Assembly (NCBI GenBank): GCA_002633005.1
Contig: NMRA01000010.1
Location: 1,866,516-1,930,515, forward strand
DNA: 64,000 nt
Direction: 5' to 3'
Source: Phoronis australis
Taxonomy: Eukaryota; Animalia; Phoronida
Made by a program: the position numbers and the translations under genes. The notes beneath the pieces were generated by a model. It was not told where the DNA came from, ran no database searches, and saw only the letters and a list, made by a program, of their open reading frames with translations. This document shows, piece by piece, positions 53,401-64,000 of this stretch (its first letter is position 1; each line of letters starts with the position of its first letter).

Positions 53401-53581
53401 ACATCGCAAGGACTTTGAAAAATACAGGGATTGGTCTATTTTTGGGTAGTCTCGAGTAAAATTTGGACGTGCACTACCCGATGTCTACAATGCCCTGTTT
53501 AACAATAACTGTTAAGGCTAGCTTACCATCTGCAATATGTCTTCATCTTTAGGCACCACCAGCAGTTGCAAGGTGTTATCT
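32467..53581 (-). CDS. ARHGAP21: Rho GTPase-activating protein 21/23-like (PDZ, PH, RhoGAP), 5'-partial
   Basis: Exons: 53581-53527 (end of [21 protein letters not shown]), 52944-50991, 49656-49543, 49005-48913, 47863-47810, 44647-44527, 43686-43620, 43304-43071 and 42536-42339 (PH: REGILQCK...[13 protein letters not shown]; [14 protein letters not shown]...WINAI), 41774-41594, 40778-40465 (GIYRVPGN arginine finger), 39923-39821, 39443-39280, 39023-38898 ([16 protein letters not shown]), 38260-38131, 34748-32467. Phases are consistent. Probably the shared invertebrate ortholog of ARHGAP21 and ARHGAP23. Confidence 0.88.
37863..37925. repeat. 21-bp minisatellite, 3 copies
   Basis: CAGGGAACATACACGACTCAT repeated three times. 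Confidence 0.85.
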
Positions 53582-56500
53582 CTGCAAGACAAAAGTGAGA
53601 GTAATTATCAATCACCTTAACATGATTAAACGAGAATAATTATTAAGAGTCAGTACAGCATAACCAGCGAGGTAATTACAACACAATAACAATAGCTGCA
53701 TAATTAGAATACTTGCACAATTGACCTATCACAAGCTCCGCCCCCTTGCGTAATGTCGAATAACAAACAATAAGTTTTACCCGGCATCGTGTTGTTTGTC
53801 GGGTAAAATGGCGGATTGGAAACGAAGTTGTGTCAATAATGCTGCATTCTAAATGGTCAGTTAAGTGGTCGCTCAAAATCCTGGCAATTAGGTCAATTAC
53901 AACAGCTGCATAATTATAATAGTTGAATAATTACATGTAATACAACAACATTATTAGTAACTATTACCCATCATTATCATAAACAAGAAATTATCTACGC
54001 AAAAGAAGGAGAAGCAGGACGAAGGTACCAGTATTTGGCATTACAGCATTGCTCTGCAACCCATCCTTCAACCTGCGAACAACACAGCGCACATTTCAGA
54101 GAGGTCAACAGACGAGGGAGTCATCAAGAGAGTGGTGGTGTATAAAACAGGCTTAATGGAAAACTTGGTACCCATGAACTCTTGTCAAGAAATATGTTGA
54201 AATGTTGTAAATGGGTGACTTTATAATCACCAGGTGGCGCCAGCGAATAAAGGCTCTTCTTTTTAACATAAAACCAAAGAGGTAATTACTTCACCAGTGT
54301 GGGGCCATTTGTGGTTAACGGTCACATATGACTACCTGAATGCATGCTCTCGTAAATGTGTTGATGTTATGCTTAGTTTGGTTTGTACTGTGTACTTCTC
54401 ATTTAGAAACATTTGGTTTCCCCTATTTGCAGAAAGGAATTATTTTTTGTTAAAAATAGGTGAAGAATTCACATATTCAGCCAGCTCAAATATCTGTAGT
54501 GTGTTGCCTTGTTTTCAATGTAACATCAAAAATGAAATTGAACCATATCGTTTAGATTACATCAGGAATTTGTTTCACGAAAAGTTAACTGAGGTTTGAA
54601 ATCAGAAATTTCATCTTTTCCTCAACACAGCTATTGATGGAAAAACAAACTAATCACAATCAACCAAAAGTGCAAGGCCACTGAGAATATATCTGCTAGT
54701 CAGCAAGACTAACTGCGCAAATTCTTACCCCTTGTGAAGTGCTAACTACAATAGAATTGCGAAAACATTTTTAGTTATAGCAAATGGGAGCACGGGACAA
54801 ATTTTCAGACACAAGCGTGAAGCCACTTTGAATCGCACCTCCAGGCCAGTATACTTCACGCCCCACCTGGTCAATCCTTATAACAATACTGAGTGTGTTG
54901 TGTGAGTACCCTCAATACCTGCATATGGTGAATGACCTGTAGAACTGGGAATATTACTATGATATTGATTAATAATTTCACAGTTTCCAGCAGGCTTTGT
55001 TTACAACCAGGCTCATGCTAGATCAGCAGCAGTTGGTCAAGACCCAGCTCAACGTTGTGATGTGGCAACCAGTCAACAAATCAATGAGACTGAACATTGG
55101 TAAATGACTCAAGGCTTTTTTGAAATTTTCAAAACTTTCCTCACAAGGAATTAAGAGGGCAGTAGTCAGATATGATGTGTCAACAATATGAGAACCAGTT
55201 TTCTTTATATCAAACTAGTTCGCAAAATGCGGCACTGTTATGTCCAACTATTGCCATTGTACGGCCCATGATAATTACCCAAGTATGTAGACAGTTGTTA
55301 TCAAGGTCCATTTTTACATTGAAACAACTGCTGCAGGTGCAGGCAATGCCAAATCAACCATCAAAAGTATACTTACATAACCAGTTATGGTACCATCTCT
55401 TACAGATGAAGGATTAGTTTCTAAGGCTGATGACCTGGATTGCATTCATTTACAGGAATTGTGGTATCGCCATGGATACATTAATACCAAGACCAAAGCA
55501 AGAAAGAAGGAATAGCTACCGAAATATGCGCCCCTGAACCAACCACTTCGAAAAGAACGCCACAGCACAAAGGTAGTGGACAGCAGTGCCAAACACCAAC
55601 GAACCAGCTGCCCGAAACCACGCCAACACTGCTCCAACCAGACGTCCAAGCATTCCTGCAAAGGGCTGAAACAGGAACTAGATGGCTGGCCGACAGAGAT
55701 CCAACAGAAATACAGCCACAAAAGACGGACGTGGATTAGATAACAGCGCTCTGAACACAGCGTATATGTCAAACTGATAGGCACCCATACTGTGGAGATA
55801 AAATTCCTCAAAAAATCCAGGAAGATGGGGAGACCGCTGTGGCCGAGTGATAAGAGGGAGATAATGAGCTGAAGAGAGACTCAACATGGTTTCCCAGACT
55901 AAAGTAGTTCTTGATCTAATTTCGACACAGTTGAATGCCACCTAACACTTGGTGTCCTGTTACTACACTTAAAGTCTTTTGACACGAGTGTGATGTTCAT
56001 ATCCCAAACAAATTAACTGCAGCGTTCAATGAAAGAACTCCATTTTCTAATGAACCGTTCACCTTTTCAAAGGGCACAACAGGCAACTTTGATTTAACTG
56101 AGTTAACTTAAAACTTTGCCTCGAGTTTCTACTACACCTGGGGTATACTTAAACATACCTGGGTGTTACTGTTACAGAATTCAATGTATCTGCATTTTAC
56201 TGCCATCTAGCTTTACTTTTCAAAACAAAGCTGGAGTATATTCAGTGTTGCTGCTATTGAAATAGGAAATCACGCAAGACAGTGCTAGCCTATAACAAGA
56301 ACATGCCCGGGTGTCAAGACCTCTCAACCATACAAAAAAGTTCCAACTTAAAAAGTGATTGGACAGCCCAGTAGTACACAGGACATTAACCAACAACAAT
56401 GCTAGCTGTTTTCTTTGTATAGTCCAAGATTTCTTGGGCAACAAGCGTCACTCAATCTGCCCCCGGCATCCTAACCTTCAAGGATCCAACAATCTAAATT

Positions 56501-59500
56501 TCTGAACCTTAATTTAGTAGGTACCCTTTGAAATGCAAAACCACTTCAGGTTGTGAAGAGCGTTGCATACAGATCTTCAATGCATAGAAGATCTTCGACT
56601 TGAACCACCGTTAGTAAGCTGTGACAAAAAAGCAGGTTATGAATGGAACGATTCAGAATTTGGTATTTGGCTAGTGAATTTACGCCTGAACATAACTAGC
56701 ATGACTATAAGTTGGGATACATCCGTTTCACAGGCACTCCCAAAGTCAGCACGTGGCGCTGGTTCGATATTGTTTCCAAAGCAGTCCTGGTTACGTTGGT
56801 TTTGGGTTTGTTAAAATATAAATTTTATGGCGAGTGAATTCTACTGTGATCAGGGTCAAGCAATTACGCGGCAATTTTGTCTCAAATCTTTTCACTTCTG
56901 TCTGATATTACATGTTGTTGGATCTGAGAAAGCATGAACAGCTACATCACTGTATTCTACACAGATTCCGCCATCCAAAATGGATGTGCATTGTGACAGC
57001 ATCTGGAACTGTTTATGTCTGCATTCATTGAAGAGGCACTGTTGATGTGAAGTATGTCTGGTATTTACTACTATCTGCCAGCGTGGGGGTTGGAGGCTAG
57101 TCACAGCACTAATGAAAATCCCTCAGAGATACAACTGAAATCTGATAATGACAGACTCTGCATTAACCTGGTGGAGGTGATGGAAAAAACATTATCTTTT
57201 TATAACCTGAATTCTGTTGTATAGAAAGAGAACCAGTGTTTTCCAAGGGCTGTTTCAGCATAGCACTGCCCCTTTTTTAATTTAAACCTTTGATCTGGGG
57301 TCACTTGCTACATTCCCCTGCCCACCTTTCCCCCATACTCTTAGAAGCAAACATTCAACCAACTCTCATTGCCTTGTGATTTATTTGGCAGGTTCTGTCA
57401 ACCTTTACCCTTGCTGAAACCCCTTTATACCTTTACCCTCAAGGCAAAGTGATGAATTACTGTCAGCTCAACGGCCTGCCAAGTTTTCCACCCATGTAAA
57501 CCATGTTACACAATCCCATGATGACAGGACAATAACCTTCACTAACCATTTACTTTGGATGTTCACATAACAATAAAGTACCCAGCAAGAGGACATTATA
57601 ATGAACATAACCTATCCCTGATGCAAAAACGCTTGCTGAGTACACACAGCATGCGGGTTCCTGATAAGCAACCCAACCACTGAAGATTCACAGAGTGCAC
57701 AAAAACAGGCCCGCATATTGTAAACCCAAGATAGTCACAAAAATGCAAAATCCCAAAAAGACTTTGCGACATATCGCTATACATTGCAAGTGAAGCATAT
57801 GTTTACACAAGCATTACTCCCAAAAATCTGGTGTCTACGGAACGCAGCCCAGGTAATCTTCATAATGCATCAAATGAGCGTAATACATTGTGTCCTAAGT
57901 CTGCAAAAGTGGTTTTCAACTTCATGGGGCAACAAAGCCCATAGTACTACAAGCAGGTTATTAAACTGACAGTAAGTAAAAAGATACACTACAGCTCTCA
58001 AAGCAGTCACCTTCGCATCAAACACAGATCTATTGTATTCCCCATTTTCCACCTTGCGTTCACAGCAATTTGGGCCAAATATGGCTGTAACACGACCCAC
58101 ATACCCAGTAACAGATTGAGAAGACATTTCAGGCACATAACAAAGAATTTGTCTGATGACACAAACAAAATGCTTTGTCCTCATTTTTCACCACGGGTAT
58201 GTTTCAGAAACATGCGCCTCATACTCTATAACACAGGACTCAGATTTTATGAAGAGTGCATAACATTAGACACAAACCTGCTGTATCCGTTCCTATGTAC
58301 CCCCAAGTTAGGATTAAAAACCTTAACATTACAACCATTTCATTTTAGACCCTCAATGTCCCACTGTACACTCCCCAATATGTTCAATTCTTAATTTAAA
58401 CGCCCTGGGCTTCGATTGGAATAAAACAAATACCGTTGTAGTGTGACTATGACATGGTGGGGTCACACCATGGGAGAAATGTGACGTGACAGCAAACATG
58501 GTCTCCACTGATTTCCTAAACAGTTTAGAAGTGAAACAGCACAAAGGTATAGATAAGAAGACAGTAGTGACACATACAAGTGTCTTAGCTACAACAATAA
58601 GGAATTCAACGATCACGTAGACTGCTAGACTGCGTTCTATTAATACAAAAACATGGCGAACACGAGTGACAATGCCACTGTTTGTCGCTCACCATCTTCT
58701 CTCCTATCTAACAAGTCAACAATCATTCAAGCAGACAGGATCTCAAATTCTGAGGTAAAAATTCTCAAGTATAATATCCATTCTGTACATCAAACATTGC
58801 TAACGGTGACATGTCCTAACAATTCTGTAGAATATGTTGATCTGTTAAAAACAGTCAACCCCCAGCTTAGCTTTGACCAGACAGGTGAGGACAGTCAACC
58901 TCCTGAACAGCGATATTCCGCATTTACACAAGTGACAGCCGTCTCGGTGCAACTACCACAGTACAGCTGATCACGTGCAAGTGTGTGTGTAAACACGAAT
59001 GGCACGGAGCACGTTGACACTGCGACGGCCATTTTTGACACCAGTTTGAGGGGTAGAGCAAGTTGTACTTGATTAGTTGCTCCAGTTTCGACTACACATC
59101 TAAACACAACCGGGCCAGGGAGGAAAGGGTTCGTCTTTCTGGTTTGGACATTCATTATTGTTTAAACAAGCATACGCAGATAGAATTTTTGTAAATGACT
59201 CATGCTGATCTACTTTGTGATCTGATGTCGTGTAAATCTGACCGAAGTGGAGCACATGGCGCCGTGACAACTTGCACCACGACAACTGCTCCGTGTGTAA
59301 AAACAGCGATAGAGCCTTACAATTCCCTATAGTCTGGATTGATTGGGTAACAAGTTGATAGTCCAAGACTATTTAGGTTGATAGCTAGGGCAAGCCTATG
59401 AGTGATAAAACCAGACAAATGCACTGTTAACACATATTTAACAGCCTAACGACAAGCAAGAATTTTATCGCTGAGAAAACAGAGAATGGAGAATATATGA

Positions 59501-60974
59501 TAGGGTGCAATCCAAAACAATCAGTTATTATGGCTCCAATAAACAGAACAGATAACGGTTAGGGAGAATAATTCCAAATTTGCTCATTGAGCTAAGACAA
59601 AGTGTTGGTGAGAAATCTAGGAACCGAACCAGGAATACTTATCAACTTGGTGATGTGGTACAGAGAGAACACCGCTTTGCAATAAACAGTACCAAAATAT
59701 TGGCCACAAACATTTCTTTACTTCAAACCCTCTGCGCAATGAGGAGAAAAAATTAACGACCACAGTTACTTTGGCCGAGTACTAAATCCAGCAATCTACT
59801 GTAACAATAGATGGCTTTAGTGAGCCAAGCTCTACAACATAATGCCGAGAATAGCATGACATGGCTTTCTTAACAACTTCCTAACAACGTTGCAACTCCA
59901 CTGATCTGCTGACCTAAACAGCCATCGCAACTGCTATAATGAGGTGGAATAACCTGCAAATTTGTACAGCTCCCTCTGCAATGGGAGAAGTTGGCTCCAA
60001 TATGATGGGAGTGATGGCTGGGGGTGACTACATGCAATACACATGTTCCAATGAGAGCATGAATCAACTAGGCCACCTGGTGGGTAATCCCTAGACCTAG
60101 CTGGTGACTTTGTCACTACTGGTCAGGAGTTTCTGGGAAAGGGTATAGAGAGTGCAAAGGAGGTTCGACAGGCCGAAGTTTAGTTACTGGAAAAGCAACA
60201 CTTTTTCTCCAACATGAAAATCGTAATCATGCACTGTGCCTTTAGGTCAACAAATGGTGCACTCTGATCTCTGGGTATCCAACAGGCAGGGCACAAGTTA
60301 AACTAATCACCACTTGTGAAGGTTTATAGTGCTCAGCCCATGATTTATGGTTGGTGTTTTGATGAAATGTGCTTTCACCAGTAAAAATAAAAACACTGCT
60401 ATGCTGGATGAACAGTAGACAATGAAAAACAGGTGCGTAATGTGCGTAATGTCAATCTAAGGAGAAGAACTAGGACCAAATGGGGAGTTTTCTTGGCTCA
60501 TTAATTTTGATACTTACCATGTACACATTAGTTCAGGTTAATGCCCGGCTTTGGTTAAAATGCTCCAAAACTGGATCTCCAACGTCATCAGATGAGAATT
60601 GTTTCAAAGAAATGAATTACCAGATTGGTGAATTTCGATGTTTACCCCATGCGTTGGTATTAATGGGCATGCCTGGCAAAGCCAACTCAGTTTTGGCTTT
60701 TCACACACAAAGACCAATGTCTTGCTGAAAACCTCCTGAGGTTAAAGTTTCTGAATCTTAACACCCTTGTTGTAAACACATACAGATAGCCTACGTGATC
60801 CTGCAAATAACAAAAGCATATCGAAGGGGATTATCAGTACAGTACAGAATTACCCTTTTCCTGTGTTGCACAAAAGAACTGTTGTTAAGAATGAATGTCA
60901 TAGCAAAATGAAATATGATAAAAATTAGGAAGGGAACAGGATGACATCCTTACCTCGGTCTATATTGTTCCTAC

Positions 60975-61414
60975 CAGGCCTTTATGCAGCCTAGGTATGG
61001 ACGCCCTGGCAAGGACGCCCAATGTATCATTTGGACACCCACTGTCAATAAGAACTTTTAAAGTTTGGACTCACACATTGTATTGAATACTAGGAAGCCT
61101 CTGAAGGCTCACAGTGAGGCTGTTTTTCAAAGCAGGAAGAAATATACAATGTATATACAATGTTGCTATGCTCACACTTGGTTGATAGAATTGTAAAGTC
61201 TTGGTCTACAGTTTTTTTAGTAAAAATGCTCACTACAGAAGGCTGTTTTGTAAACTTAAATGTAAAAACCTTGGTCTATGCATTTTTTGTCAAAAATGTG
61301 TGTCTGGGGGGGATTGCTGGGGGTGGGGGGTTACGCGTCAGAATCATGGACGCCCTGGAATATTGGGAACACCATTTTGGACACGCTATTTTCGAAATCC
61401 TGGATAAAGGCCTG
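60975..61414. mobile_element. hAT-type MITE with 8-bp TSD
   Basis: TIR CAGGCCTTTATGCAG ... CTGGATAAAGGCCTG; exact TSD GTTCCTAC at 60967-60974 and 61415-61422. Confidence 0.85.
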
Positions 61415-61620
61415 GTTCCTACACCAGGGTTCTTGGTGATACACATATTTGGTGATACACATATTTAGTTTTGTTAAGTTTACATTATTATTGTCTATTC
61501 CCAACCCAGCTCCAGAGGAAAGACTCTCAACATGAAGTTGACAAAATAATAACATTTTATTGGCCAATCATACACGAAAGAGTACCATTTCTCATACGCC
61601 ATCTATGCCCCGTATGGTAC

Positions 61621-63992
61621 ACTGTAATGCCACAAGTTTTATCACTAACATCAGTCTTTTTTCACAAACCTAAATCATTTTCAAAAGCTGAATTTCCTTT
61701 CTTGCGCTCCAGTTTTTCTCTTGCCAAGATTTTTCTGTTTTCACGAACCAGTTCTTTCCTTACCAGTAGCATTTCTTCTTCTTGAGCAGTTGTAGGTCAT
61801 GAGATAAAGGAAAAGGTGACAGTGAAAACGCCCCTACAGTTTTAGGAGGGAGTAAGATCGACTTCCCTTTACCTAAACCACATGTGTGTGAGGTCTGTAC
61901 AAACAATGAAACAGCTAACTGCTGACTAGCTTCTGGCCTTCCCCACAGTAGCTGCCTGCACAAGCAAATCTTGCCCAACCAAGCCTATCTTTCTTCCAAA
62001 TGCACAACAGGTGGCCCTTGAGGTGGAACAAAATCTGGGTTACAACAACAACAACGAAGTGGTGGGTGGTGAAAACGATGGACGGGCCAGGAAGTTTGGG
62101 CAGAGTAGAAATCCACTTTGACTCAGGACGGAATCAAAACGAGGCAACTGTGGTCACTTCATAACGCTTATGACAAGAGCATCTTACAAATTATTATTAT
62201 TATACTTTAATAAGTGTGTTCATGGGATAGCCCAAAGTGCCTAAGATGTCTACAAGAAATCATGTATTTATACATGTGAGACCACTGATTCCCTAGCGCC
62301 ACCTAGTGTAGGTCAGGATTCTCACTACCCAATAATATCTAGGCAAGTCAAATGATGACGACTAATAGCTACAAATGCGGACTACCAACTAATTTCTTAT
62401 TCTTTCAAAGCAAAAATATACGAAACTCAACAAATGAAATGTCAACATTATGACAACCGAAAGATCAACTCCTTCAAGTACTTGCACATTAACAGGTAAA
62501 GTAGCACTCTGCCCACTTAAGCCGGTCAAAAAAAAACAAAAACAAAAAAGGAATTGCACCTTTTACTCTCTTAAATTAATTCTCATTATACTCTTGCTCT
62601 GGAGAATGTATTTCAATTACCAACAAGAACATCAAAACCATCAAGCGACTCGAGAAAACACTTCAGAATTTACTCGGTTTGGCCAACCCTAAAATTTCAC
62701 ATTCGGAAACGGCACCAGAAAGCATGGCCTGTGATTTGAACTGTCAGCGCATTGGGCATTAATTCAATATCTGACAAGCGCCATGATGNACTGTAATGCC
62801 ACAAGTTTTATCACTAACATCAGTCTTTTTTCACAAACCTAAATCATTTTAAAAAGCTGAATTTCCTTTCTTGCGCTCCAGTTTTTCTCTTGCCAAGATT
62901 TTTCTGTTTTCACGAACCAGTTGTTTCCTTACCAGTAGCATTTCTTCTTCTTGAGCAGTTGTAGGTCATGAGATAAAGGAAAAGGTGACAGTGAAAACGC
63001 CCCTACAGTTTTAGGAGGGAGTAAGATCGACTTCCCTTTACCTAAACCACATGTGTGTGAGGTATGTACAAACAATGAAACAGCTAACTGCTGACTATCT
63101 TCTGGCCTTCCCCACAGTAGCTGCCTGCGCAAGCAGATCTTGCCCAACCAAGCCTATCTTTCTTCCAAATGCACAACAGGTGGCCCTTGAGGTGGAACAA
63201 AATCTGGGTTACAACAACAACAAAGAAGTGGTGGGTGGTGAAAACGATGGACGGGCCAGGAAGTTTGGGCAGAGTAGAAATCCATTTTGACTCAAGACGG
63301 AATCAAAACGAGGCAACTGTGGTCACTTCATAACGCTTATGACAAGAGCATCTTACAAATTATTATTCAAACTGAGCGAAAGCTTTCGCTCACTTTAATA
63401 AGTGTGTTCATGGGATAGCCCAAAGTGCTTAAGATGTCTACAAGAAATCATGTATTTATACATGTGAGACCACTGATTCCCTAGCGCCACCTAGTGTAGG
63501 TCAGGCTTCTCACTACCCAATAATATCTAGGCATAATATCTAGGCAAGTCAAATGATGACGACTAATAGCTACAAATGCGGACTACCAACTAATTTCTTA
63601 TTCTTTCAAAGCAAAAATATACGAAACTCAACAAATGAAATGTCAACATTATGACAACAGAAATATCAACTCCTTCAAGTACTTGCACGTTAACAGGTAA
63701 AGTAGCACTCTGCCCACTTAAGCCGGTCAAAAAAAAAAAACAAAAACAAAAAAGGAATTGCGCCTTTTACTCTCTTAAATTCATTCTCATTATACTCTTG
63801 CTCTGGAGAATGTATTTCAATTACCAACAAGAACATCAAAACCATCAAGCGACTCGAGAAAACACTTCAGAATTTACTCGGTTTGGCCAACCCTAAAATT
63901 TCACATTCGGAAACGGCACCAGAAAGCATGGCCTGTGATTTGAACTGTCAGCGCATTGGGCATTAATTCAATATCTGACAAGCGCCATGATG
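61621..63992. repeat. Tandem duplication of about 1.17-1.2 kb joined by one N (likely uncollapsed haplotypes)
   Basis: 61621-62788 versus 62790-63992, nearly identical, with the N at 62789 exactly at the junction. Confidence 0.9.
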
Positions 63993-64000
63993 AGTTTTAA

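Noticed and set aside
53582-64000. Short ORFs in the large RhoGAP 5' intron as nested genes or the missing PDZ exons
   Set aside because: No recognisable domain or phase-compatible exon was found; the remaining PDZ exons are presumably beyond the window.

Overview
Animal (probably bilaterian invertebrate) genomic DNA with three spliced genes. I reconstructed each by hand from GT-AG sites, and the exon phases are consistent throughout. (1) CFAP69 is on the + strand, with 19 visible exons at 109-13872 and its first exon upstream of the window. (2) A complete 4-exon wolframin/WFS1 gene is on the - strand at 15130-21376, tail-to-tail with CFAP69. (3) An ARHGAP21/23-type PDZ-PH-RhoGAP gene is on the - strand at 32467-53581, with its 5' exons beyond the window. 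The WFS1-RhoGAP spacer (about 21.5-30.6 kb) is packed with nested MITEs, a decayed RTE/RTEX-like LINE and decayed exon-like fragments, including a recognisable copy of CFAP69 exon 11. The most notable observations are: an in-frame tandem duplication of a splice acceptor inside the RhoGAP domain; twin 57-nt stop-introducing pseudo-exons in WFS1 intron 1; an acidic repeat in the wolframin lumenal domain; related MITE families sharing 5-bp TSDs; clustered CTCF-like and RFX X-box motifs; and a 1.2-kb duplication joined by a single N that is probably an assembly artefact. I found no convincing new multi-gene system. All family assignments come from recalled motifs, not database searches.
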